Shown here: in pieces, positions 1-12,780 of the stretch
How positions within the stretch are numbered: position 1 is the first letter of the stretch
Layout of the letters: every line of letters begins with the position of its first letter
From: Callorhinchus milii
Taxonomy: Eukaryota
Direction of reading: 5' to 3'
Length of the DNA stretch: 64,000 nt
Assembly (NCBI RefSeq): GCF_018977255.1
Contig: NW_024704743.1
Coordinates: 14,572,001 to 14,636,000, forward strand
The notes under the pieces: generated by a model
The model's input: only the letters and a program-made list of their open reading frames with translations
Database searches by the model: none
What the model was told of the DNA's origin: nothing
Translations under genes and position numbers: made by a program

Positions 1-99
1 CTCAAAGCGCTTCACAGAATATGCTGTAAAGTGAATTGACTGTATATTTGTGAGTGAATCTTTGTTAATCTAGCACAGAAATGCATTGTTCCTGTATGT

Positions 100-368
100 T
101 GTCTCCTGCTCCTTGTCCCCCGTCTGGCCCAGCCCATCATCAGCAGTCGGGCTTTCAGCCTCACTGTCCCCACCCTTTGGAACTCCATCCCACATTCCCT
201 TTGCCTTGTCTCCTTCAAGGCACGTCTCAAGTCCCTCCTTTTCAACTGTTCCTTTGACTACCTTCCCTAATCTAAACTCTCCCCCTCGGGTCCAAATACC
301 TGACTGTCCAGCATCTTGGGACGTCCTCCCACTGTGAAAGGTGCTATACAAATGTAATTTTGTATTGT
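100..368 (+). mobile_element. L2-type LINE 3' fragment
   Basis: Degenerate ORF2 end (AF..PTLWNSIP...SFKARLK) followed by the tail cttgggacgtcctcccactgtgaaaggtgctatacaaatgtaattttgt, which recurs across the window. Confidence 0.8.
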
Positions 369-444
369 ATTATTTGTAATCATCATTTATTATTATATTA
401 TTATCATTTAAATGCCCTCTATTTTTCTTAAAGCTGCAGTCATT

Positions 445-820
445 ATAATATTGCATTTTATGTAGCAAATGTCTCAAAGCACTTCACAGAATTTTACTAT
501 AAAGTGTGATGAATGTTAACTATTAGACAAGCCTGGTAGCCAATTTGTGCACAGCACTACCCCACACACAGCCATGAAATGAATGATTAATTTTATCTGG
601 AGGACTGTTTACCAGGACTCTCCCTTCTCTTTTGGTAATGTGCCGTGGGATCTCTAACATCCACCTGAACAGGCAAATGAGACCTCCACTGAATTCTCAT
701 CTGAAGGATGGCACTTATAAGAATGTATCACTCCTCAGGGCATTGTATTGGAGTAAGGAGCTCAAAGTCCCAAATTTTTGACTCAGAGACAAGAGTGCTA
801 TCAACTAAACCAGGATGACA
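445..820 (-). mobile_element. Old tRNA-derived Deu-domain SINE (SacSINE1-like)
   Basis: Minus-strand head gtgtcatcctggtttagttgatagcactcttgtctctgagtca, Deu-like core gtgtgggtagtgctgtgcacaaattggct and L2-like tail. Confidence 0.65.
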
Positions 821-914
821 CATGTATGGTAGCATGGAATTAGACAAAACTTCAAACTTCAGAATATGTAGACCAATGCAGAAACTAGCTATATACGTAT
901 CTGTATATATAATT

Positions 915-1050
915 GGATCTACAATTGGCTGCAGTGTTTCACCCACAAAATAAACAGTCAATTCACTTTACAGTATATTTCGTGAAGCATTTTGAGATGT
1001 CTCGAAGATGCGATAAGGCTCTACATCAAATGCAAGGATTATTATTATGA
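915..1050 (+). mobile_element. 3' half of tRNA-Ala-derived Deu SINE
   Basis: caattggctgcagtgtttcacccacaaaa...atcaaatgcaaggattattatt, the same family as the full-length copy at 24118. Confidence 0.85.
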
Positions 1051-2144
1051 TTATAATCAGCAATGCTGTTTAATAGAAACAACAATCTAGGATCTGTTTA
1101 TATTAAAAACAAAACTGCTGTTGGGTAGATTTGATCTGTAAGTAAATATTAATAATGCAATAGGTCTGTTTCTTCTTTCTGCTCCCCCTCCCCCCCCAAC
1201 ATTATTCTTCCTTGAACTAAAAAGTAATGAGACTAAAGTAGGTGATAACATTTCCTAAGAACAATAGGTTAGCACTATAGAAATATGATAACTGCCCAGT
1301 AAATCGCATGTAGAGTGAAGTAATGTGAAATTAAACTGTCAGTGCAGTGTAATCTTTATTAACTACACAAAAATGTCAAGATGTTCTTTTCATTTAATGA
1401 TGTCATTTTTGACATATGGTATGACAGAAAGAAGTCAAAAGCTAATGACTCATGGGAATACTCGGCAGCATTAACTATGGTTGATATGGCAATATAACAA
1501 TATACCTGGAAATTTATGCATATCAGAATGAACTGTCCCTGCTAAAACTGAACTTTTGCAGTAACTAAAGAGTGCAAAAGACGTATCCTTGTATCTTCAC
1601 AAAGAATTGTCACATTTTGTGAATTAGCACATCAGGACTCAACAATCACATGAATGCAAACTTTTGTTGCAAGTTGAAAACCCCTTATGACCATTTTTCT
1701 TCTCCTGATCATTGCAAACAGACCCATTCATCTGAAAATTTTAGCCTTATTCTATGAGCTCTCAGGAAATATCTGAATGTACATTTTTAGTTCAAAGGTG
1801 CTGCATTGAAACTGACACAACTGGGATATTAAAATAGCAACTTTTATATTCATTATAACATACTGACTGGTCACCTAATTAAGTTATTTTATCTATGTTT
1901 AGCACCAGCAATTTATAATATTTCAGATTAAATTCCCAAACTCAATACCTTATTTCTGAAATGCAAGAATGATACCAGTTAAACCAAGCAAACAGGAGTA
2001 AAATGTAGTTTACCAGCTATCATCAGTCACAGTGATGCCCAGATAAACATCATCTTTATTTAACTTGAGACTCTGATAACTCTCACAAGATATGACACTG
2101 AGCTTCTGATCATGGTACAAATCTATCCTCAGTGGGGCGGAGGA

Positions 2145-3206
2145 AAGTAAAGATTAATGGGAACATATTAGCATGGATTGAAGAGTGGCTAACAGGTAGA
2201 AAACAGAGAGTAGGGATTAACGGGTCATTCTCGAATTGGCAGGATGTGACTAGTGGAGTTCCACAAGGATCAGTGTTTGGGCCTCAGCTATTTACAATTT
2301 ACATCAATGATCTAGACGAGGACATTGAATGTAACGTATCTAAATTCGCGGATGACACTAAACTCGGTGGGAGAGTAACCTCTTAGGATGATGTAAAAAG
2401 ATTGCAACGGGATATGGATAGGTTTGGGGAGTGGGCGAGTAGGTGGCAGATGGAATTTAATGTAGGGAAGTGTGAAGTCATTCACCTAGGTAGAAAAAAT
2501 AGAAAAACAGATTATTTTCTAGAGGGGGAGTGATTAGATAGTGTTAGTGTGCAGAGGGATTTGGGTGTCCTTGTACACCAGTCTCAAAAAGTTAGTTTGC
2601 AGGTGCAGCAAACAACTAAGATGGCGAACAGCATGTTAGCGTTCATAGGGGTTTGGTGAGACCGCACCTAGAGTATTGTGTGCAGTTTTGGTCTCCTTAT
2701 TTAAAAAAGGACATACTTGCCCTAGAGGGGGTGCAGCGTAGATTCACTCGGTTAGTTCCTGGGATGAAGGGACTGACCTATGAGGATAGGCTGAATAGGG
2801 CTATATTCTCTAGAGTACAGAAGAATTAGGGGAGATCTTATTGAAACATATAAGATTCTTAAAGGGCTGGATAAAGTAGATACTGAGGGTCTGTTTCCCC
2901 TGGTAGGAGAATCTATAACCAGGGGTCACAGTCTTAAAATTAAGAGTCAGCCTTTTAGAATAGAGTTGAGGAAACATTTCTTCACTCAGAGGGCTTTGAA
3001 GGCTGCAGATGCTCAGTCCTTGAACATCTTCAAGGCTGAGACTGATAGATTTTTTAAAAACAGAGGGATTAGGGGATATGGGGATAGGGCAGGTAATTAG
3101 AGTTAGTTCTGAAGATCAGCCATGATCTTATCGAATGGCGGGACAGGCTCGAGGGGCCGAATGGCCTACTCCTGCTCCTAATTCTTATGTTCTTATGTTC
3201 TTATGT
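2145..3206 (+). mobile_element. CR1 LINE, 5'-truncated, defective reverse-transcriptase C-terminus and 3' UTR
   Basis: [48 protein letters not shown]...[11 protein letters not shown]; in-frame stops and an internal deletion near 2648; ends in the (TTCTTATG)3 tandem tail typical of CR1. Confidence 0.95.
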
Positions 3207-3504
3207 AAGTGGAGTCTCCTCAGGGTTGAGCTGGTTCCAAAGTGACGAGTTTAAAAATGGAAAATCCAAATCGAGTTGATCCTCTTTGGCGCTCTCAGGA
3301 GGTCAGCCCCTTAGCCAGGAAGGTCCACAATACTCCAAGGCTCTGCCAATAACAGACTCGCCAGCTTGTCTTGTGGGCAGGACTTAGAGAAGACTAAACA
3401 CCGGGAGCAGGGATTCTTCCCACTCAGCATCTGTTAACCCTCCAATCCAAAGCCCTAATGGGTAGAATCGTCCTATCTGAACAAACAGCATAACTGGAAT
3501 ACAA

Positions 3505-3850
3505 TGCAATTTATATTTATATTTCACCTTTCACATCAAGGGGACTTCTCAAGACCTTCGCACACGAACTGGGATTGGGAGCCAAAGGGGATGGGGAGGG
3601 GAAAGATGCTCAAAAGTGCAGTCAAAGTGATACTTTTTGAGATTTGCGTTGAAAGAGGTGAGGGAGGCAGCGAGTTGTAGGGACTCCGGGATGGAATTCC
3701 AGGAAGCAAGGGCAGAATGGCTGAAATCAAACCCATCAATGGTGGGGCACATGGGACATGAAGCAGACCACTGTTTGCTGAGCGAAGGGAGTAGCTGGGA
3801 TAGTGTGGTTGGAGGAGATTTCAGAGGTAAGGTGAAGCTTGCAAGCTGCC
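3505..3850 (-). mobile_element. L2-type LINE 3' fragment
   Basis: Minus-strand FSHSALASWNSIPESLQLAASLTSFNANLKKYHFD plus the L2 tail. Confidence 0.8.
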
Positions 3851-4214
3851 TGATTTTAGTTAGTTAAACTCCAGCAGTACCCTAATATGCATTCTAGAGT
3901 CCCAAGCCTTGACTATTGCCAACATGCATCTAATACTTTCCAGGGTTAGGTCAGCAAGGTGAGTCCCTGTTGGCAGAGAGTGGGAACTCCATTCAGAAAG
4001 TAGAAATTTCTATGCAGAGGTGGAACTCTCAGTCTGGTTGGATACTCTTAAGCACGGTGATAGGTTTCTGCACGTGTCAGGCTGACCAAAAACACTTTCA
4101 TGTAACTTATTGTGGCAAGATCTGAATGGCATCAAAAGGAAAGTAAGAATAGGTTACTCATGTGCCTTTTAACCCGAAAAACTTAAAAAAAGAACATTTT
4201 GAAAGGTTAGGGTG

Positions 4215-4620
4215 AACTGTAAAAAGAGGTTTAAATAGGCAACTGAAATGCTGATAGGTTTTAAGCCACTATTTAAAGATGGAGAGAGAGAGAGGCAGAG
4301 GGACACAGAGAAGGAATTCCAGAGGTTAGAGGTTACTGAAGGCTTGGCTACCAATGGTGGCACAGGGGAGTACAGCAGTCCAGAGTTAGCCAAGCTAGGT
4401 CATGAAGGGATTTATAAGTGAGGATCTTGAAATCAATCTATTGGGATACAGGGAGACAGTAGAATTTATGAAAGCTGGAGTTTGGTGCGGGTGAGTATGC
4501 AGGCAGTGAGTTTTTGATTAGCTGGATCTTGTGGATGGTGGATTCGGGGAGACTGGCAATGAGTGGATTAGAAAGGTCAGTGGCATTTGGTGTGAGCTGA
4601 AAACAGAGGTGGGCAAATGT
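4215..4620 (-). mobile_element. Highly decayed L2-type fragment
   Basis: Minus-strand remnants of the FKIL and LWNS..SL motifs. Confidence 0.55.
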
Positions 4621-4745
4621 GGCAGAGGTGAAGAAAGTCAGTCTTGGTCATCTTCTCCGGTTTGTTTCATGCGTGTACTTAACTTGCAGTCTAGTCTTAA
4701 ACTTAAGCTTAACTGGGTTCATTTAGTCCCCTTTAATTGCCTTAC

Positions 4746-4994
4746 CTGTGCAGGTGGCTGCTGCACGTATCCCTGTGGTTGCTGTAGTACTTGTGGAGAC
4801 ATAGGTGGAGCAGATCCAGTGAAACTTCCTGGGGGAAGCTGCTGACTGGGTGATGCCATGACATAGCTAGTTTGTTGGGGTGGCTGAGACATGATGGGTG
4901 ATGGATAGACAGAACCAGAAGGTGGATCAGGGGCTTCTCCTGATGACTGACGGCTTAAGCTCATCTGATTAAATTGGGAAGCCAAATCTTCTCG
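4746..4994 (-). CDS. ARPP21: ARPP21 coding exon 16 (249 nt): REDLASQFNQMSLSRQSSGEAPDPPSGSVYPS...GYVQQPPAQ
   Basis: ttctttccatcacag|CGA ... CAG|gtaagg; 83 codons of P/Q-rich low-complexity region. Confidence 0.94.
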
Positions 4995-5374
4995 CTGTGA
5001 TGGAAAGAACAAAAGAGCCAAAGACTGAATGTTTGACAATGCTTCTGGCCATAGTAATGAAAGAAAAAATTAACTGCATGCAACACAAGCGCCGTCAAAG
5101 AGAGACACCACGACGAGACAGAACAACACATTCACCGACAAAACATGCTCTATCTATTTGGCTCCATGCTAGGATTAAAACCTAATTAATCATGGAGTTC
5201 AAAATCAAAAGCGAGTATTAAGAAAACCTAGATTTTTTTCTTGCACCAAAGCCTGAAATTCCTCGTTGTCTTAACACTAAAGAATATAAAGAATTATGGA
5301 AAATTCTTAAATTTAGTCTTGATTTGGAAGCCGTTTTCCCAAATTATATGTCCCAAATTATGACTGAATTCAAA

Positions 5375-5605
5375 CATGTTTGTTAGTCGATTGGCCGATT
5401 GCATTCTGGGGGTAATAATTCCTCAAAAAAAATTCTGGCCACTCAATCCACAATGTTTGCGGGACACTGCTGTACGCAATTGACTGCAGTGTTTCACCCA
5501 CAAAATACATGGTCACTTTACAGTATATTCTGTGAAGTGCTTTGAAACATTTTGATGACAAGATAAGGGGCTATATCAAATGCAAGGAATATTATTGTTA
5601 TAATA
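5375..5605 (+). mobile_element. Deu SINE, long subfamily, 5'-truncated
   Basis: gttagtcgattggc insert, Deu core and atcaaatgcaagg tail. Confidence 0.8.
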
Positions 5606-6395
5606 ATTTAAGATATTTCCAAAATTCTGAGTGCCCTTACAGTTTAAGACAATAGTCCTTGAGGCGAAGAATATGAGAACTGTTTGGGCTTCAGCAGATC
5701 TTTCTACTCGATGTTGAGACCATTTGAATGCACAATGGTAGAACAAATTAGGAACTCTGTATAAACTTAGCATGGAAGACACAACATTTTTTTAAAAAAA
5801 ATGTTGAATTTTTTCTCCCCCTTTACAGGTAAACACAAATAAGCCTACCAATAATGGGATGTATAGAAAATTAAGGCCACACAGCTCTACATTTGTACAC
5901 ACAGCAGTTCACAAAACCCTGTCATTGATAATGCGTTGTATCTGTTTACACACACTATTAAAATATCTTTGAAAATTAAAAACATGACACAGTCGCATTT
6001 TGTGGCATTATATTACAGGAGAGTACACTGACACAGGGTATTAACTGTGTGCTGAACCAAGAGGAAACCAGAATTCAAGAGGAATTAATTTTCAAAGATG
6101 TAGAATTTTGCAAAGAGAAAGGAATGAAGTTCTCACATCATCTAATACTAACTGCCTGCTTTAATCCAACATAGAGTCAAACAGTTTTCTCACACACTGT
6201 ACAAGTATTTCAGCAAGTAATACAAATTTACCCTCAGCCATGTACTGCCATTTACAGTTAATGCAGTGAACAATCACCACTGGAAATGAAGCAAAGCACA
6301 CAAAAACATACTGCAGTTACGTTTATACGCACATTGCAAAGGTCAGAATTACTGTTTGTTTTAAAAAGGAGAATTAGAAAAGTAGAATTAAGTAC

Positions 6396-6500
6396 CACAG
6401 GAAACTGCTGCGAGGGTGAAACTGGTAAAAGATGCTGTGGAGGGTAAGAAACCGTTGGATACTGGACAGACTGGGAAGAAGGCTGCATAGCCTGTACAGG
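6396..6500 (-). CDS. ARPP21: ARPP21 coding exon 15 (105 nt, probable cassette exon): PVQAMQPSSQSVQYPTVSYPPQHLLPVSPSQQFPV
   Basis: attctcttctcag|CCT ... GTG|gtactt (weak donor); phase 0-0; matches the human alternative exon SVQGLQASSQSVQYPAVSFPPQHLLPVSPTQHFPM. Confidence 0.9.
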
Positions 6501-7037
6501 CTGAGAAGAGAATTCAACAGCAAAGTCAGACACAGAGGAGATAATTCAGTGATAAACACAAAATAGAAAGTTAGCAAGCAAGGGAAACAGGAAATCCCAA
6601 ACATATATATTGAGATACTAAAAAAAGATTGTCTATTATGTTTATTAGAATGCTTTATAACAGCTGCCATACATTTCAGCAATGAGAGAAGTAATCAAAC
6701 TATTTGCATATTATTTAAGCAAAGGATTTTAATGTTTTCTAAACTCCATTTCAATCAGGGTACAAAAGAGAAAAGGAGAAAGTATAATATTTGGTTGAAC
6801 AAATTCTATTATGTAAGAGTCGTACAGCAGATGTAAATACAGTTGAGAGCCACATATATAGCCTTTTATTCCTCCCCTGAGGCATAGGAGTGCTGAAATC
6901 TCAAAGTAAATTCGCTATTAACTTTTATGCAAAACATTTTTAATTGTGCGCTATGTCAGCAACGCAGTTTTTTTCTGAATATGGTTTAAATGTCAGCATG
7001 AAGTAGTGAGATATTCAATACAGATGCATTACAGGGT

Positions 7038-7210
7038 TAGAGAGAGAGATACACACACACACACACATGCAGATACAAACACATGAGAGAGAGACAGACA
7101 GATTGACAGATGGAGAGACAAACAGCCAGATGGGAAACAAGAGAGAGAGAGACGGTGCAGAGCACATGAGGTAGAGAGTAAAACGCCATAGAGACAGCAA
7201 AAGACAGACA
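7038..7210. repeat. (GA)n/(CA)n microsatellite and degenerate purine-rich repeat
   Basis: agagagagagagatacacacacacacacac followed by gacag/gagag runs. Confidence 0.85.
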
Positions 7211-7749
7211 CAGGAGTTGGCACTGTGTGTATATATGTGGGGTGAGGGGCGGGGGTGGAAAGGGCTGGTACTCTGTCATACTACAGTGACAGCATAACAC
7301 CTGGTGGAAGATAGTTTTGGTTAATACTGTATATTGTATTTCAAGTGATAACCCAATATCGCCATTGTTTTTATATCCCAATTAGCGCAGTTATCAGGCT
7401 CTCTGATTTAGTACTTGAATCATTACTCATAGCTAACCCACTAGTTTCAAATAAATATAATAAACATTTCAGCCAGGAGTAGATTATTGGTTCATCTAAC
7501 TCATCCATCCAATTTCCTGCCAATTTCCTGCCAAAGATAATCTATAAATCTAATAACAATGTTGTGATTCTAAAATTGACAAATGGATCCATAACTATTT
7601 AAACAAGCTTTGATGCTATTTCCATTAGATTTGTTAGACTGCTTTTTAACAAACATACACTTGCTCCACACTTGAAAAAGTCAGATAAGGATTTTCCCTA
7701 AATTGATAATGAGATCAAATGTACATGAAATTGAATTAGTGGAAGTATA

Positions 7750-8241
<492 letters not shown>

Positions 8242-8409
8242 TCAAAAAAAGGCACGTAGTAAACCCCAGCAAGCAAATTCAAATAATGTCTTGAGAGATT
8301 TACAATACAAAGTTTCCCTTGAAGACATGTTAACATTTGCAGACACATATGAGACCAGGAACTGAACTCCACGATATAAAAGGTGCTGAAAGATCAGTTA
8401 TATTTAATG

Positions 8410-8735
8410 GTATGAGCTCATAGTCGAGGCTGACATGCCGACGTAGTTGCTGAGGGAGCCCTGAATTTTCAGAAGTGCCATCCATTGGGCTGAGATGCTA
8501 AACCCGTTTGCCTTTTTAGGTGACGTTACAGATCCAACAGCACCTTTCGAAAGGAAGAAGGGAGTCTTTTATCCCACAGATAAAATTGGTCATTCACTTC
8601 CTAGCTATTTGTGGGACATAGCTGTGCACAATTTGGCTGATGCATTTACCTATCACTCCACCTTACAGTATATCTTGAAGCGTGTAAAAGGCAGTATATC
8701 AATTGCAATAATTATTATTAGTAATTATTATTATT
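8410..8735 (+). mobile_element. Old Deu-domain SINE (SacSINE1-like)
   Basis: tttgtgggacatagctgtgcacaatttggctg core with (TAT)n tail. Confidence 0.65.
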
Positions 8736-9944
8736 TAAAGATTATTTTGGAAGCCAAGCAGAACTCCAGAGTTCCCTTCTCTAATAACCATCTATTTTCA
8801 CCTTTCTCCCATGCCTTTTGCAATACTTGAGAGCTCATTAACTTATTTTTGTGTCCAAAGTAGAGACCATTCACAGATGTTGAGAGTCTTTAAATTTGGG
8901 GTGTAAAATAGTTGGATGGTAATTCCAGCTTCAGTTTGTTTATAAGCCAATGTCCCTTTAAATTCCAGCTAAAAGTATCCACATGAAACAGCATCTGTTT
9001 TACAAGCTAAACTTCCAAAAATAAGGCATTGGTTTGAATATTATCTTTAATGAAATAACCTTTATCCAATTCTTATTTTTACCATTACTGTAACATAATT
9101 TTAAACTATGTGGTAGATAAAGAAAGGAAGAAAAAAAAGCAAGATTATCTAGCTTCACTTTGGATATATTGTAGTTTATGGGTCGTACATCTCCCTAACT
9201 GTTAACTTCTATTTGGAGTAGTTAATCACTATTATTCAACAAATTAATGCCTTCACTACATAAACAATCCACTGCAGCCTACCTGGTAACAGAACTGCTG
9301 ACTTGGTTATGCATAAAAGTCTTATGCCATACTGGAGTGAATAATGGAGATGGGAATAATCTCTTGACTCTTGCAAGACTACAAGAGTACAATACACCTG
9401 GAGGGACATCATTCTACACGTTTCTCTGCTTTTATCCAGAGCTAAATGGAAGCATTTTTCACAAAGAATGAGGTAGACCATAGGAAGGATAGCTATTTTT
9501 CTTTCGCTGGCACTTTAATTGAATTGGGGTCTAATTTATAGTATTCATAAATTGGATTTGTTATACAAATTACTTTTTGCAAACAGAAGCCATTTTATTT
9601 TTGAGCAATTTCAAACACAGGAAGTTGGCAAGCCAAAACCTGCAATTAGTCCAACAAATCAGGTTTGGAAATATTGTTAATTAAGAACAAGATTGCTTTA
9701 AAACAAATAAGTACAATATAGGCTCATGGAGTATTACTGTTATTCTCACAGGAGTAGATGAGAGTGTTTTTTTTCTAATACTCCAAATATATACAGAAAC
9801 AACACATAATCATTTTCTTTAACAGCAGTACCCTTTTGGCAAGAGAATAAATAAATGAGCCTTCTTGTGAAAACATAATTATAGATGGCTCCTAATTCTT
9901 CTAAGGTTATTTTTAACAAGCGGTTACAAGTAATAGTTGCACTA

Positions 9945-10376
<432 letters not shown>

Positions 10377-10804
10377 TTATGAGCAATTGCAGCATTCAGA
10401 AAGAAATAGGACAGATACTCTTAATAGTTTTAGAACAACATTTTGTCCATATTCCAAGGAGAAATGAATCATTCTCAACTCATGGATTCTGCCGACATTG
10501 ACCACATTTTTGCAAGCTCGTGCAACAGCCATATTTGCCATTCCTCCTCTGAAGAATGATTGAAAAAGAAGGATCAAAGCCACAACATAAGGGGGTGCCT
10601 GTACTGGGAAAAGTGCTTGGATATCAGGATGAGTCTTGTACGGGGAATCGCAAATACGTCAAATCAAGCTGTGAGGTCCCAACTCCAATCCCATGAGATC
10701 TTGGCTCCATCCCGGGAGATCTCCTTAGAAATGAGGAGATTTGTTCATGTCTTGTCATAGGAATAATCAAACCAGTATTCAGCAACAGAACCTATACAGT
10801 ACTA

Positions 10805-11059
<255 letters not shown>

Positions 11060-11122
11060 TTAACACCAGTTTTGCTGCTGAATTGTTTGAAATCTCATCC
11101 ATTTTATGCATTCATAACAAAC

Positions 11123-11182
11123 CTAAATAGCTGCCTCTTCTTTTGAGTGTCATTGAACGTATTACAGTCCTCTAGGATCCGG
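11123..11182 (-). CDS. ARPP21: ARPP21 coding exon 11 (60 nt): RILEDCNTFNDTQKKRQLFR
   Basis: cttttccccccacag|C ... TAG|gtttgt; matches human RLLEDSNICNETYKKRQLFR; phase 2-2. Confidence 0.92.
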
Positions 11183-11975
11183 CTGTGGGGGGAAAAGTTA
11201 ATGTTAATGCATCAAGGGCATTTCACATATACACTCTTATCCTTTATAAGCACATTTTAAGGTGGCACAGCATTGCACACATAAGTTTAGAATTTTAGCT
11301 GTCCATCAAGCATAGTCACCAAGCAGTGTCTCCTTGTTAACCACAGAAAACAAGACTTTCCACACCCCACCAAAATAGATTTATAGAAAAATTAGGGTAG
11401 AAATTCCATGTGGGTCTAGATTTATTCTATTAATTAACATTTCAGAGTGCGCAGAACATGTTAAATTCTTAAATAGTCTTTTACTTGACGCTGAGTTTCT
11501 GTAAATAGGCCTACAAATACACAGTAACTACACTTCAAAGTAAAATCCTGTGAATCGCTTTTAGATGACTCGATAACCTGATTGTTAAGAACTACAGAAA
11601 AACAGCTTCAAAGTTAAAACTGAATTCAACAATTTGCCAAATTTAGTACATGCTGAAATACTATGTTAATAGAGTAAATCTAGACCCAGATGGCATTTTA
11701 TTCCAATTATTCAAGGTTTACTGTCACTTTTTTGTGTTCATTTGCAGATGTTTGGGAAGAAAAAGAGGGGAAAACAATTAAAGGAATTGTAATGCAGCCC
11801 ATTGACAGCATGGGACAATTTCCAAGCTAGCATAGCTTCACTGTTACATCAGTTACTCCATGCAATGCAAAGACCAAGTGGACGAAGATAAGAGCAGGCA
11901 TGAGTACGGGATTAATTTTCTTACTGTAAAATGTATTGAGTAGACTAGAATCCTGCTGGGTAATTAGGGTGCATG

Positions 11976-12200
11976 ACATCCCACGGTCCCTTCACCTCGC
12001 TTCCTCCCTTGCCTCCTTCAAGGCCGGTCTCAAGACCCTTCTCTTCGACCGTGCCTTTGGTCACCCTCCCACTCTCTACCTTCCCTCACCCCTACACCAC
12101 CCCTCCCCCATGCTTGGGCCGCGACACCTGATTGTTCAGTGCTTTGGGACGTCCTCCCGATGTGAAAGGTGCTCTATAAATGTAATTTTGTTGTTGTTTA
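11976..12200 (+). mobile_element. L2-type LINE 3' fragment
   Basis: IPRSLHLASSLASFKAGLKTLLFDRAFGH followed by the tail tttgggacgtcctcccgatgtgaaaggtgctctataaatgtaattttgttgttg. Confidence 0.85.
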
Positions 12201-12742
12201 TAAAAATTATAATACCCATCAAACTGTATCAGAGTAAATATTGCAATTGAAATCATGAAGGTTTATTTAACTCCAGAATTGACAGAAAGAATAATTTAAT
12301 TCAGTTAACATTTTTATTGCCCTAGCTTCCTGTTACATGCAATAGGATTAATGATGCAGTATTTCTTAAATGATTTCTAAATGAAGAAATTTGTGTCCTG
12401 ATATAACAAACCTACATGGAGTCACGGTAAGAGTCAGTAACTTAGTAAGAGTCACTAACTGCAATTTCATCATACACGTCATTCCAACTCGAAGAAGCCC
12501 TGGTCAATAGATTGAGTTCTAGCAATATTGCCGCAAGAAATCTATTAAGAAATATCGTAATATCCCTATAATAATATTAATTGATATGAAATTTCTAAGA
12601 ATATCAGTTTACTAACTTGTTCCACCTATCTAACATAATCGTTAAAAAAAAGCTGCAGGAGCAAAAGAACACAAACAGCTGAGCAATATTTGCGTTTTCA
12701 TGACCCCAGTGCATCTATTGGTTAGGATCAAGAGTTTCCTAC

Positions 12743-12780
12743 CTGTTTTCCACATACAGGCTGTCCAAGGAACATGTGGA
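12743..12780 (-). CDS. ARPP21: ARPP21 coding exon 10 (38 nt): STCSLDSLYVENS
   Basis: ttttttgttcttttcag|TCC ... CAG|gtagga; matches human SVCSQESLFVENS; phase 0-2. Confidence 0.9.

Noticed and set aside
1..4745. miR-128-2 and the downstream MPVYYY exon expected for ARPP21
   Set aside because: I found no aaagagaccggttcactgtga and no matching exon; both should lie beyond the left edge of the window.
7230..7300. Possible extra Pro-rich exon (cag|VLCCHCSMTEYQPFPPPPLTP)
   Set aside because: No convincing donor; it runs into a microsatellite and has no counterpart in the family that I recall.
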